The translations under genes and the position numbers were made by a program. Positions 40,884 through 55,306 of a stretch of 64,000 bases of DNA are shown here, piece by piece. Origin of the DNA: Octopus vulgaris (Eukaryota); the NCBI GenBank assembly GCA_951406725.2, contig OX597838.1, positions 22,382,001 to 22,446,000 on the forward strand, written 5' to 3'. The notes under the pieces were generated by a model. It searched no databases, was not told the origin of the DNA, and worked only from the letters and a program-made list of their open reading frames with translations. Each line of letters begins with the position of its first letter. The first letter of the stretch is position 1.

Positions 40884-41259
40884 ATGTATGTATATATATG
40901 TATATATAAATTTTTATATATGTATGTATACATGTATATATATATAAATATATATATGTAAATAAATATATATATCTATGCAGAATTTCACACACACACA
41001 CATACGCACACACACGTGTGTGTGTGTAAGCACCTTTACATTTTGGCATTTTTTTGCCATTATGCTAATGATTTTCATGTTCTTCTAATTTCATGATACA
41101 CACCGACCACGGACATGTTGTGTGTGCCTCTTGTACACACATATACATAGAAATATATGTGTGTGTATATATATATATAACCTGCATCCACCATCTGTGA
41201 CTATGGCATTGGTCTCCCAGTCAGTCTCCTGCATATCACACACACACACACACACACAC

Positions 41260-41324
<65 letters not shown>

Positions 41325-41347
41325 CATATATATATATATATCTGTAC

Positions 41348-41565
41348 ATCTGTAAATGTAATATGTGACAGTTATTCGGTAGCCATGCAGATTATGATAA
41401 TCTGTGGAGTTTCGGATGCCGAGGTGGAAATCCACGCCGCCATCTCTTCAGTTATCTGATGGCCGGATAACTGAAGAGATAGCAGCGTGGATTTCCACCA
41501 CGGCATCCGAAACTCGGAGTTTTATCATGGCTACCGAATAATTGTCACATATTACATTTACAGAT
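41348..41565. repeat. Inverted repeat of a hammerhead-like element
   Basis: Arms 41348-41456 / 41466-41565; plus strand 41466-41526 GAUAA-CUGAAGA-GAU...AUCC-GAAA-CUCgGAG-UU-UUAUC. Confidence 0.8.
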
Positions 41566-41900
41566 AAATTCCTCTATTTACATAATATCGAGGTCTCTTT
41601 CTTTCTTTTTGTTGTCTTACCATTTTTATCAATATATATATGTGTGTGTGTGTGTGTGTGTATACAGTGGCGTACGTACACTTTGGTCTCTTATATATAT
41701 GTATACATTTTTCTAAATCTTGTACGACTCTATTTCTGTCTATTGTCTATCAGCCCTTTCACGCTTATTCGTTCATTCCACTCTTCGTTCCTTTGTTACT
41801 CCTCTCTCACATTTCTTTGCCTTCTCTTCTTGCTCACTTACCCTCCACTTTTCACTTCACTGTGTCCATGTCATTTTTTCGCGCCCCTCCTTAATTCCTC

Positions 41901-41935
<35 letters not shown>

Positions 41936-42391
41936 TCCCACGTGACCGGCGTTCGGCCAAGCCTGTTCTTTCTTTCTTGGTCTGGCTGTTGTCCGTGCAA
42001 CATTGAGATTCCTCCGTGTGTTTGTGAACTCATGTATCCCTGCTGTAAGGCTTCATTTCCACACACGCCAGCTTAATTTAATTCGTCCTTAGTCGAAAGA
42101 CACCTGTTGTTATGTCCTGTTATTATTGTTATTGTTATTCTTTTTTGTATTTGTGTAACATTGTCCGTTTTTTCTGTCCTTGTTTTGTATACATTCGCTG
42201 CTTTCTTCCAAGGAATCTAATGCTCTTAGCTTATTTTTCCTTGGGGCTGGCCAGATTGGAGCAATCTCAAGTATAATCAGCCGAAATTGCGAAGATAATC
42301 TGGTTCTTGACTGAAGAAAGAAAACTTCGAATGACCCGTCCTTGTTTCCTTTGTATCGTCTATCTGGATGTTTTGTTGTCCCATTTTGCTT

Positions 42392-42429
<38 letters not shown>

Positions 42430-42440
42430 CACGCAAACAC

Positions 42441-43092
<652 letters not shown>

Positions 43093-43667
43093 GTATATAT
43101 GTGTGTGTGTGTCTTCTTTTTCTCTTTTTAATTTTGAATAAATTTTTGATAGGTCACCTGCTTGATATCAAGGTTGTGAAAGAAAGCATCTTATTTTGTT
43201 CATTATTCTTTAAATCTTAAGGGTTTGCAGATTATCATAATCCCAGATACCGTGATCATATGCAGGGTGTAAATTAATGATTTGCATTCTCTTCCTAAGA
43301 ACCCAATTTCAACCATTCTCTGCTCCAGTCGAATTGGGACGTATCCTGTTACTCCCATATTAATAGCTGTTTTGGCTGCAGGATTCGCAAACTCCTTATC
43401 AACGGTCTTTTCTCTAATCACGGTGGTGTCCAGAGGACAGCCAATTTCCACGTATCCATGTTTTGTGTGTGAATGTGTGTAGGTATCTCTCACTCGCTCT
43501 CTCTTTCTCTCTCTCTCTCTTACTCTTTCTCTATCTCTCTCTTATTCTTTCTCTCTCTCCTCCGTTCTCCTTTTTCTCTTTCTCTCTCTCTCTCTCTCTT
43601 CCTCTCTGTCTGTCTGTCCCTCGCTCTCTCTTGTTCTCTCTCTGTCTCTCTCGCTCTCTCTCTTATT

Positions 43668-43758
<91 letters not shown>

Positions 43759-43766
<8 letters not shown>

Positions 43767-44270
43767 ATTATGGCTTAGTAAAATAAATTACTTTGCCACA
43801 TACTGAACTTAGTTGAAATAGCAGCCCCAAAAAATTTTTTTAGCCATTTCTACTACTTAAAGAAAATTTCTCTCAGATAATGTTTACTCCAGACAGCTCA
43901 CGAAGGTTTGGAGGTAAATACAGAAAAATATCACAAGTACATAGATCGTTTGAGTACGTCAACGTTTCAAGATTAGCCAAATAAAATCAGCATTTCTTTC
44001 GTCAGCTCAAAATTTCTTAATTTGGATTTGGAAACACTAAAAAGAAGGAACTTTACCTATCGGCGAACTTGTCGCGAAATTTTCTTTAAGTAGTAGAAAT
44101 GGGTAAAAAAATTTTTTTGGGCTGCTATTTCTACTAAGTTCAGTATGTGGCTAAGTAATTTATTTTACTAAGCCCTAATTATATAATGTAATATTTTGAA
44201 TTCGCCTTAAATGGTCCTTTTACATACTGAACACTTGGTGAAATTGATTAATTAATTTTACCCTCAATTG
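43759..44270. mobile_element. TA-inserted element with ~110-bp inverted arms and a unique 3' extension
   Basis: 43759-43870 is the reverse complement of 44076-44187; bounded by (TA)n on both sides. Confidence 0.75.
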
Positions 44271-44271
44271 T

Positions 44272-44385
<114 letters not shown>

Positions 44386-44406
44386 TATATTGTATTATAT
44401 CATATA

Positions 44407-44558
44407 GGCGCAAGAGTGGCTGTGTGGCAAGAAGCTTGCTTCTCAACCGCATGATTCTGGGTTCAATCTCACTGCGTGGCACCTTCGGCAAGTGACTTCT
44501 ACTATAGCCTCGGGCCAGCCAAAGTCTTGTGAGTGGATTTAGTAGAAACTGAAAGAAG

Positions 44559-44639
<81 letters not shown>

Positions 44640-44865
44640 GTGTGTACGTGTGTGTGTATGTGTATTGGGGTGTATGTGTCTATCCCCCACCACCGTTTGA
44701 CAACCGATATTGGTGTGTTTACATCCCCGTAAATTAGCGTTTAAGCTAAAGAGATCGATAGAATAAGTACCAGGCTTACAAAAGAATAAATCCTGGCGTC
44801 GATTTGTTCGACTAAAGTCGGTGCTCCAGCTTGGCCGCAGTCAAATGACTGAAACTAGTAAAAGA
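44407..44865 (+). mobile_element. SINE A, full length
   Basis: GGCGCAAGAGTGGCTGTGTGG head, (TG)n, tail GCAGTCAAATGACTGAAAC. Confidence 0.9.
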
Positions 44866-44868
44866 ATA

Positions 44869-44961
<93 letters not shown>

Positions 44962-45266
44962 ACGTATGTTTTGTATAGTTAAATATATTATAGAGAAAGA
45001 CAGGCATATATATGTACATATATGTGTGTGTGAGTGAGTGAGTTTGTGAGTGGGTGTGTGAGTGTGTGGATGTGTGTATTCATATACATGTATGTACGTA
45101 TCTATTTTTATTTCTGTATGTATCTATGTATGTATGTATGCATGTATGTATCAATGAATTTGTAGATGTAATTGTGTATATATATATGCTCGTTTTTGTG
45201 CTTGTACGTATGTGTGCATGTATGTACGTACGTATATCTCTGTGTGTGTGTGTGTGTGTGTATGTG

Positions 45267-45314
<48 letters not shown>

Positions 45315-45946
45315 AATCCATTGTCTATTTGTTACCGTCTCTTTTTATTGTTTTTTTTTTTCTTAACCAAGTTCCTCTTTTACATTTTAGTCTTTGATTT
45401 TCATACTTTTTTTCCTGGTCATTATTTTTCACTCAAAGCTGAAAGAAATCCCAAAGTATTTTACTTCTCCGTATTTTTTCCACTTCTTTTCCAATGTATT
45501 CTTTTTCTTCTTCCTGCTTTCATTTTCTTCTTTTTCTCCTTCTTTTCTTCCGTTATTTTCTGTTTTCTTCTTTTCCTTCTTCATTCTTTTCCTTCTTCTT
45601 GTTTTCTCCTTAACTCTTTGACTTTATTCCATTTATTTTCTTTCACTCAGATGAAATATTTTCTCTCTGACTTTTTATTCGTTAATCAAATCTATTCTTC
45701 GTTTGACTTTCCTCTTTCGTTTTCTTTAATCAAACTCTCTTTCCCTCTCTCCCTTTTGCCCTCTCTTTTTCCTCTCTTTCCCTCTCTCCGAACTCCTCTT
45801 TCTCTCTCGCCTTCTCTCAATCAGTCAGTCACTCACTCACACTCTCTCCCCTTTTTCTCACTATCTTTCATTCACCCACCGTGTCTCTCTCTTTCTCTCT
45901 CTCCTTCTTTCTTCCTCCCCCTCTGTCTCTCTCTCTCCCTCTCTCT

Positions 45947-46088
<142 letters not shown>

Positions 46089-46317
46089 TTTCTCTGCTTC
46101 TATTCATTTCTATATCTTTAATCTAGCGAGATTATCAATTTTTTCGCTTTGTTTAATTCTCTTTCATTCATTTTCTTTCCTTCTTTTGTACCTCTTATTA
46201 ACCTTTTCCTTCATTTCTATGTTAAACTTTTTCACTATATATTTTCGTTCTTACTAATCTATCGTTCTACTTACCTGCCTATCTATTTCCCTATTTATCC
46301 TGTTACCAATTTCCCTC

Positions 46318-46362
<45 letters not shown>

Positions 46363-46379
46363 ATATATATATATCTTCT

Positions 46380-46581
46380 CTTTATCTTTTATCTTTTACT
46401 TGTTTCAGTCATTTGACTGTGGCCATGCTGGAGCACCGCCTTTAGTCGAGCAAATCGACCCCGGGACTTATTCTTTGTAAGCCCAGTACTTATTCTATCG
46501 GTCTCTTTTGCCGAACCGCTAAGTGACGGGGACGAAAACACACCAGCATCGGTTATCAAGCAATGCTAGGGGGACAAACAC

Positions 46582-46615
<34 letters not shown>

Positions 46616-46670
46616 CATATATACGACAGACTTCTTTCAGTTTCCGTCTACCAAATTCACTCACAAGGCA
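46380..46670 (-). mobile_element. SINE A, 5'-truncated
   Basis: Reverse complement of the 3' half plus part of the 5' half. Confidence 0.9.
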
Positions 46671-47331
46671 TATATATATATCTGTCTATCTGTCTGTTTG
46701 TCTATCTACCTATCTGTCTATCTATCTATCTATCTAACTTAGTACCTAGCTAGCTGCTTACCTGCTTACCTATCTACCTACTTATCTACCTACTTATCTA
46801 CCTACTTTCTTCTTGGTTATCTATTATCTACCTACCCACTTATCTCTCTACCTGCTTACCTATTTATCCCCCACTCTAGTTACTTCCCTATCTGTCTATC
46901 TATCTATTCTTCTACCTACCTACCTACATAACATCTATCCACCCGTCACTCTACCTACACAGTTATCTAGCTATCAAGTCATCTCTCTATCTAATTACCT
47001 ATCTATCTACCTACCTGCCTTCCAAAATTGCCTGTATCACCAAAAATTACTTGAACGCCTACGTGAACACGGTTCGACCAATCAGCAGTGGTTAATATGT
47101 AACCAATAAAGCGGCATACTTGAAAGAAAGCTCAGCAAATAGTTTAATCGAAGGTTCTAGAACTTTTGCTAAAATATTATAAAACGTCGGTATATTGACC
47201 TCCAAGACACGACGACCGTTAGGCGCAGCACAGAACTCGTCATGCAGTTCCATGATTGGTGTTCTCACTTTTTCTACGTGTGTTCGATTTAACAACTATG
47301 GGCAATTATCTTATAATTAACAAAAATATTA

Positions 47332-47420
47332 CAGTAATTCCTCGACTATCGCAGGTGTTACGTTCCAGAACCCCACCGCGATACGCGATAGATGAAAATC
47401 CGCGAAGTAGAAACAGTACT
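47332..47420 (+). mobile_element. pogo/Tigger-like DNA transposon end
   Basis: TA-CAGTAATTCCTCGACTATCGCAGG.GTTACGTTCCAGAACCCC..CGCGATA..GAAAATCCGCGAAGTAG resembles Tigger-type termini; no partner TIR found. Confidence 0.55.
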
Positions 47421-47463
47421 GTGGTGTATATTTGTTTTTATTACTTATATAATTTGTATATGT

Positions 47464-47848
47464 GGAGGCGCAATGGCCCAGTGGTTAGGGCAGCGGACTC
47501 GCGGTCGTAGGATCGCGGTTTCGATTCCCAGACCGGGCGTTGTGAGTGTTTATTGAGCGAAAACACCTAAAACTCCACAAGGCGCCGGCAGGGGATGGTG
47601 GTGATCCCTGCTGTACTCTTTCACCACAACTTTCTCTCACTCTTTCTTCCTGTTTCTGTTGTACCTGTATTTCAAAGGGCCGGTCTTGTCACTCTCTGTG
47701 TCACGCTGAATATCCCCGAGAACTACGTTAAGGGTACACGTGTCTGTGGAGTGCTCAGCCACTTGCACGTTAATTTCACGAGCAGGCTGTTCCGTTGATC
47801 GGATCAACCGGAACCCTCGTCGTCGTAACCGACGGAGTGCTTCCAAAC
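47464..47848 (+). mobile_element. SINE C, full length, with TSD
   Basis: Near-identical to 1509-1890; TSD AATTTGTATA at 47451-47460 and 47849-47858. Confidence 0.92.
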
Positions 47849-47951
47849 AATTTGTATATATATATATATTTTATTAAAATGCAAAACAACAGCACATACT
47901 CGCCTCCCGAGTTTCCTTTGTGCGCTTCTTTGTTTATTCATCTACTGTACA

Positions 47952-48151
47952 CTTTACTCTTTTACTTGTTTCAGTCATTTTGACTGCGGCCATGCTGGAG
48001 CACCGCCTTTTTAGTCGAGCAAATCGACCCCGGACTTATTCTTTGTAAGCCTAGTACTTATTCTATCGGTCTCTTTTGCCGAACCGCTAAGTGACGGGGA
48101 CGTAAACACACCAGCATCGGTTGTCAAGCAATGCTAGGGGGACAAACACAA

Positions 48152-48247
<96 letters not shown>

Positions 48248-48401
48248 GCGACAGGCTTCTTTCAGTTTCCGTCAACCAAATCCACTCATAAGGCATTGGT
48301 CGGCCCGAGGCTATAGCAGAAGACACTTGCCCAAGTTGCCACGCAGTGGGACTGAACCCGGAACCATGTGGTTGGTAAGCAAGCTACTTACCACACAGCC
48401 A
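47952..48401 (-). mobile_element. SINE A, near full length
   Basis: Reverse-complement match to both halves. Confidence 0.92.
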
Positions 48402-48446
48402 CATTACATATTACATATTTTCTTTTAATATATGTTAATGAACGTA

Positions 48447-48652
48447 GAGGTGTAATGGCCCAGTGGTTAGGGTAGCGGACTCGCGGTCGTAGGATCACGG
48501 TTTCGATTCCCAGGCAGGGCGTTGTGAGTGTTTATTGAGCGAAAACTCCAAAAGCCCGGCAGGGAATGGTGGTGAACCCTGCTGTACTCTTTTACCACAA
48601 CTTTAGATGTAATCGACTAGTACCCTCCCCAAAAATTTCATGCCTGGTGCCT
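48447..48652 (+). mobile_element. SINE C 5' part joined to a SINE B-type tail
   Basis: SINE C head and body up to ACCACAACTTT, then GATGTAATCGACT..CCCTCCCCAAAAATTTC..GCCTGGTGCCT. Confidence 0.75.
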
Positions 48653-48926
48653 TTATTTGTTTGGTCATTCTCACTTTAACACACTGCATACTTTCGTATT
48701 ATAGTGTATTGTTACCAATCCTGATGTAATGACCAACACTGAAGATGTCTTAAAATTATTAGTCAATGTGATTTAGTTCTGTCGCAATCCAAATTACTAC
48801 CACAAAGCCATATGTTATACCTCACAAATGCGCTGATAGCATAGACAAAGTTGCTGCTAATAAAATGAGTTGGTTTTTTTTTGTTTTTTTTTTTTCAAAC
48901 ACCATCCAGATTGTGACAAGGGTGGC

Positions 48927-49259
48927 CCTCTTCGCTAAGGCGGAGGTATCGTTTTACAGTTGTGTTTGTTTGTTTGTCCGTGGACAATATATCTCAAGAA
49001 CCGCTGGATGGATTCGGATGAAACTTTCAGGCACGAACTGATAAGATTTTTGGATCGATCCGGTACCGGACAAGGATTCTGGATTATTTTTCCTGTCCTC
49101 TACTTAATTTTTGAGAGCGGTTGTATTCATTTTTAGTATTCTCGTTTGTGAGAGTAATCAAGTTTATTTCAGATATTCTCATTTTAAAAATCATCTCCAG
49201 CTAATCGTTGAGAGGATGTTGGTGTTGCCTTGGCGGAAGTTTGCGCTCTCTGAGTGCTC

Positions 49260-49264
<5 letters not shown>
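48927..49264 (+). mobile_element. Helentron-associated non-autonomous element (HINE/DINE-1-like)
   Basis: Subterminal inverted repeats CTTCGCTAAGG (48930-48940) / CCTTGGCGGAAG (49228-49239), (GTTT)n microsatellite, GATT.GGATGAAACTT motif, 3' hairpin GCGCTC-TCT-GAGTGC (49243-49257), ends in TT. Confidence 0.75.
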
Positions 49265-49348
<84 letters not shown>

Positions 49349-49858
49349 ATGTCTCGCAGCAATTTCAACAAGACGGTGCAATTACATTATCAGAAACATA
49401 TCAGCACTCTAATTAGCAACAGTGTTTAATTGGTTAATTTAAATTATAAATCGGGGAAACTAATGTAGATATCACAGAAACTTACAAACTCTGACGTACT
49501 CACACACACACACACACACACGTGATTATACATATTATGTATGTATGTATGTATGTATGTATGTATGTATGTATGTATGTATGTATGTATGTATGTATGT
49601 ATGTATGTATGTATGTATGTATGTATGTATGTATGTATGTATGTATGTATGTATTATGTATGTATGTATGTATTATGTATGTATGTATGTATGTATAAGT
49701 GTGCGTGTGTGAATGTATGATGTATGTGTGTGTACATGTATGTGTACCTGTCTGGTGATATAATTATAGATATTTTCTCATACAGTCGTCGATGAAGGTA
49801 TATTACACAACGTGTCTGTACCCATGTCTCCTATATAATCTCCTAGATATTTTCTCAT

Positions 49859-49961
<103 letters not shown>

Positions 49962-49963
49962 AT

Positions 49964-50050
49964 AAGACTTTCATTTTCCTGAGCGTTAAACTAATACATT
50001 TGCTTGTTGTTCGTACACCTGTCTTCATCTTTTGTTTTTCCATAAGTTTA
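49964..50050 (+). mobile_element. 3' fragment of the 18378-18612 family
   Basis: AAGACTTTC.TTTTCCTGAGCGTTAAACTAATACAT...CACCTGTCTTC aligns to 18519-18605. Confidence 0.7.
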
Positions 50051-50652
50051 TATATATATAAAATTAATCAAAGGACATAGTAAGTATGTCTACTTGCTTG
50101 AAATAACAGTCAAAACTCTTATTAAATCACCGAGGATAACTACAGAAATCAAACGAAGGCAGACCGGTTTCTGCACTGGCAAAATAAACCTTAGCTTCTT
50201 GATCACGCTTCTTGATCTCATGATTAGAGATTCCCAACCCATCGTTTAGAAGTCATTGATTCTGTTATTATCATATATATATATATATATATGAAGGCGC
50301 ATAGCCGAGTGGTTATGATGTTGCACTCACGATCTCTACATCATTATCGTCGGTTCGTATTCGCAGACCGGGCGGCGTGTTGTTTTCTGGCGCAAACCAC
50401 TTCACTTCACATTGCATCTGCGAGCGGGAAAGTGACAGAATCGTTTTGGTGCGTCGTCAGACACCCTCTACGGCATATCTCTGGTTCTGAGAACAAACCT
50501 CACCTTCCTGGAGAAGGTAATGGGGAATAACTCCAGTGTTCATCCCTGGCCAACCCATAGTAGCCACGTTCCAGTTATCTATGACGGTAGAAGAGAGTAC
50601 AGACTCTCCTGAGACGTATAGAGAGTACAATAGAAGGCTATGTGTGTTTGTG

Positions 50653-50726
<74 letters not shown>

Positions 50727-50851
50727 TTACACGAAACAAACTGAAGTTGAATTGGGAAGAGAATGCTGTTTGTTATTTTGAATTTATATGTGTATGTAGC
50801 TATGTTATGTATATGTGTGGTAAATTTTTGGAGGCTTGGTTAGAGGAGGAA

Positions 50852-50882
<31 letters not shown>

Positions 50883-50968
50883 ATAAGAAAGAAAGAAACA
50901 AACAAACAAAGGAAGGAATAAAGAAAAAAGAAAAAGAAACAAACAAACAAAGGAAGGAAGAAAGAAAA

Positions 50969-51019
<51 letters not shown>

Positions 51020-51759
51020 GGCGCTTTTTCTGAGACGGTTGAAATTATATAGTATTTTTTGGTCAGTCGTATGCTACCCAGTAGGAGAAAGAGGGTCCTT
51101 TTCTGTGAAGGTTTAAGCGTTTGTTTGTTTATGTGCTTATGTACGTGCGTGCACGCGCGCGTGTGTGTTTGTGTGTGTGAGTGTGTTGTTGTGTGTGTGA
51201 GCGTGTTGTTGTGTGTGCGGTGTTGGTTGCTGAAGTGAATTTTTTCCGCTTATTTTCGTATCAGTAATGAGAACATTTTAATACGTTTTTCTGGTGCGTT
51301 CGTAAATATATTTTGCTTTTTTTTTTTTATACGTTTAGTTTACGTTCGCGGTTTAGTTTAAAACATATAAAAAAAAAACCAGAAAAAGATTTATTGATGG
51401 ACATCAATAAGAAATCCTTATTAAGATGCTCTCATTATGGCTACTAAAATAATTGGAAAAAATTCGCTTAAGCAAGCAACACAAAACACTTTCACACACA
51501 TTCGCTTAAACATACACAAACACGCGCGTATTTACTTGCCTTCCAATAAATATTTTCTACAACTGGATAACATGACAAGTGACTAAAAAAATACAGTGAC
51601 TAAACAGAAAACTGATCGCTTACACTGTCTTCAATTTGAACCATCACGGAAAGTGGCCCCTTTCTAAAGCTGGTAAGCAAATGACCAAGAAATACAATGC
51701 AGTTTCGACCATACCAGAAAAAGTCCCCTTTCTTTCTGTCTTTTCTTCCTCTATTTCAT

Positions 51760-51985
51760 TTTATTCTTTTTTTTTTTTTTACTTGTTTCAGTCATTTGAT
51801 TGTGGCCATGCTGGAGCACCGCCTTTAGTCTAGCAAATCGCCTCCCCCCAGGACTTATTCTTTGTAAGCTTAGTACTTATTCTATCGGTTCCTTTTTCCC
51901 GGACTGCTAGGTTACGGGGACGTAAACACACCAGCATCGGTTGTCAAGGGATGTTGGGGGACAAACTCAGACACACGCACATACA
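51760..51985 (-). mobile_element. SINE A 3' half
   Basis: ACTTGTTTCAGTCATTTGA..GGCCATGCTGGAGCACCGCC...CAGCATCGGTTGTCAAG. Confidence 0.88.
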
Positions 51986-51989
51986 TACA

Positions 51990-52038
<49 letters not shown>

Positions 52039-52729
52039 TATATAAATATATGCATATATGTACATACCTACATATATATGCATATATATATGCATATATG
52101 GGTACAGGACATCAAAAGGACGTTGAACACAATGGGAAGCGAAAACATAAAAACAAAAACATAGAAACGAACTTTTTTTCGAACAATGAAAAAAACAAAC
52201 AGAGAAACGAGTCAATCAACATAAAGAATATTCCCCTTCATCAGTTGCCCCAGTTTCATCTACTCTGCGTTCCGAAGGCCATGACAAGAATTTTAAAACG
52301 TGCAAGACTTGTTGCGCTCAATATCCCGGAATCTATTCAGTAAGACACCAATCTCAAAACTGTGGTATATAAAACCTTAGCGACAAAAAAAGTAGGAAAA
52401 TAGAGCAGGAGACAAAGCTGAAAATTAAAATGTTTCAGAGAAAGCCGGGGAACGAAAATAATTATCACCGGTGGGGAAAGAAGTTGGGTGCAGTGGAGGC
52501 GAGATTCCTTACAAAGGATTAAATCAGGAAGCATTCACCAACAGCACAAAAGAATGCCGATCTAGTCCTCATACCAATCTCCGTTTTGCCGAAATGTACG
52601 AAAAGAATAGTCGCGTGTCCTCTGAAATAAACATTTGTTATTGGTGTTAGCAGTTTTATTCGACAGAAACAACAAAACTAGTATTTTGCAGCTCCGTAGA
52701 TTGCAAAAATAAAATTCCTTTCCCAGGGG

Positions 52730-52900
52730 ATGAAGCTTTTAATCGAAACAGATCACCAAACCACGGAAGCCATCCCGGAGCTAACCGGTCTGCCAGATGC
52801 TACAAAAGTATACATAGTCGTTGAGGGTGGTAGGTCGAGGTATCACTTGTGTGGCAACACAAACCATCTCAATGCTTGCTGTGTACAGAAAAGAAGGAGA
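52730..52900 (+). mobile_element. Possible LINE ORF1 (gag-like zinc knuckle) remnant
   Basis: IPELTGLPDATKVYIVVEGGRSRYHLCGNTNHLNACC resembles V.VEGR.P.CxxCxxxxHxxxxC of Tx1-type ORF1 with the first Cys lost. Confidence 0.45.
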
Positions 52901-53419
52901 GGAGAAATATCTCTACTTCTACTAATACCATCACCACAACAGAAATAATAGCTACATGAACGGTAACATACAGCCGCAACTGAACAGCGGTAGGAACAAA
53001 AGGAAAAGAAAATACACCACCACCAATGGCCACCATATCACAGACAATAACAACAAAGGGCAAAAGAAAACCCCAAAATAACAACTAGTGTATCAACAAC
53101 AAACTCTCCCGAGACATGCTCCTTCCCGACTCACATCACACAGACATCTTAAGTGGCGTACATGACAGTGAGGATCTTAAATGGCAGATAGAAACAAATG
53201 GTGGTGAATACATATACAAAAAAGAAAGTACGCCATCCAAGAAAGAGAGAGATACCAACAAAAGGTGGGTACTTTTAAGGAACAATGCACGACCACCACA
53301 GCCAACGGTGATTATACCAGTGCTATCATCGACACCACCATCTCCACCACCACTACCGTCGCTACCATAGACATCACCCTTCAGAGTTGCGCCTTTGAAG
53401 GCGATGTCTACGGTAGCGA

Positions 53420-54648
53420 CATTTTCATAAAAAGAAATATTAAAATTAGAATTTTAAAGAATTTTCTAGACATCGTAGACTTTAATAATTGCATTCTTTG
53501 CGTAAAAGTTGCAAACTCCAAACTAAGTAGCTCCTGTCTTTATTATATCTTAAATTTACCAATTTGTTGCATAACCAAATTCGTACATACACACCAACAA
53601 TCAGAACATATTCTCAAACTCGAACAAACAGAAATCATCAACTACATAACGTAAGCACAAATAACACACAGACAACGTGCACCAAAATAAAAGTATAACA
53701 CACAGTGTCTACATCATATTACCGAATCGCATTTCTATACGCATGAAAACCATTCAGATATTACATCACAAAAAGGTCGCTTCAGGGGGAAATATAAGCA
53801 ACTGATTGTGTATAAACTGCTTGTGGAAAAAACCACAAATAGCCGGAAGTTTGAAGCAGCAGTCGTTTTATAGGAATAAAATACCTCATCCTGTTCACAC
53901 TTACCTCTTCTCTTGTCAAACTAGATTGTGCCGGTTCTAACACGTGATTGTATAACATATTACTTGCTCTGCATTACTTTTTTCAGTGATATATATTTGT
54001 ACATTTTGGTATTGAGAACGTCTATAAACAGATAATTACAGAAGTACGAAGATGGAAAATGATATTGTTTTATTCGTAGTCGTCATATGAATACGGACAG
54101 TGACCTCAGCAAAGGAATTAGCAATCAGAAATATATCACATATTTCATGCTATTGTCCTTATCGTATTCCATAATAGCTTTCTTCAGTGGTTATTTTGTT
54201 TAAAACATTGTGCACAACATCCAAATACGTTATTGAAAGAAAACAAAGCAAGATTATATTTGCTAAACTTGACATAAGTAAATCAAAACGCCATTTTCTT
54301 CTCGAATAGGAAAGGCAAGTAGAATCGATATAATTTAGCTGACGCTGGATTGAGCTTATAATTTGGAGAAATGTGTTTACTGATATGTCTCTGGAATGTG
54401 AGATCATGAAGCTTACGACAGCAAGAGTGAGAGGAAGTGAAAATACAGTTATCTGTAGTTGAATCATCAATAATGAAAGAATCTTGAAAACAGCATTTTG
54501 ATAAAAAGAAATATCAAAATTAGAATTTTAAAGAATTTTCTAGACATTGTAGACTTTAACAATTGCTTTCTTTGCGTAAAAGTTGCAAACTCCAAGCTAA
54601 TTAATTAGCTCCAGTCTTTATTATACCATAAATTTACCAATTTGCTAC
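53420..54648 (+). repeat. Pair of ~150-bp direct repeats about 1.07 kb apart
   Basis: 53420-53570 and 54494-54648 align with scattered substitutions. Confidence 0.9.
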
Positions 54649-55144
54649 GTTGCTGTTTCTTTTTTTTTATTTTCCTTCGCATATTTTTGCGTATTTTTTT
54701 TTTTGTTGTCCATTTTTATATAACTTGCATAAATTTCTTATATTTTTTTTTAATCTACTTCTATGTTTATTTGTCAGAAATCATAACGACAAGTTTTTGT
54801 TCTAAATTTTACCATTCCTCTATTTGCATCAAGAACTAATTCAGTTACATCAAGAGATTTCCATTGCTCAATGACAAAATATCGACAGTTCTGTTTCTTC
54901 TTGTTGTTGTTGTTGATTCTAGGGCTGGGTATAATTAAATATGCGTTGTGTGTGAGAGTGTGTATATGCATATATATGTTTGGGAGCACATACAAATGTA
55001 AGTATATATATGCTTATATAAATATACATATACATATACATGTGTGTGTGTTTGTTTATATTTATTTATACACACACACACATATTTGTATATATATGTT
55101 TAAATATATTTATATATAAATATGTATTTATATGAATATGAATA

Positions 55145-55178
<34 letters not shown>

Positions 55179-55241
55179 ATGTTGTGTTTGTGATGTGTAT
55201 GTTCTTATATATATATATATATATATACGCACACGTGTATG

Positions 55242-55306
<65 letters not shown>

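Noticed and set aside
52225-52280. CUGAUGA on the minus strand in a TA-flanked element (similarly at 20345-20355 and 42311)
   Set aside because: No properly placed downstream GAAA, stem III and stem I could be folded; possibly degenerate Penelope-like termini but not supportable as ribozymes.
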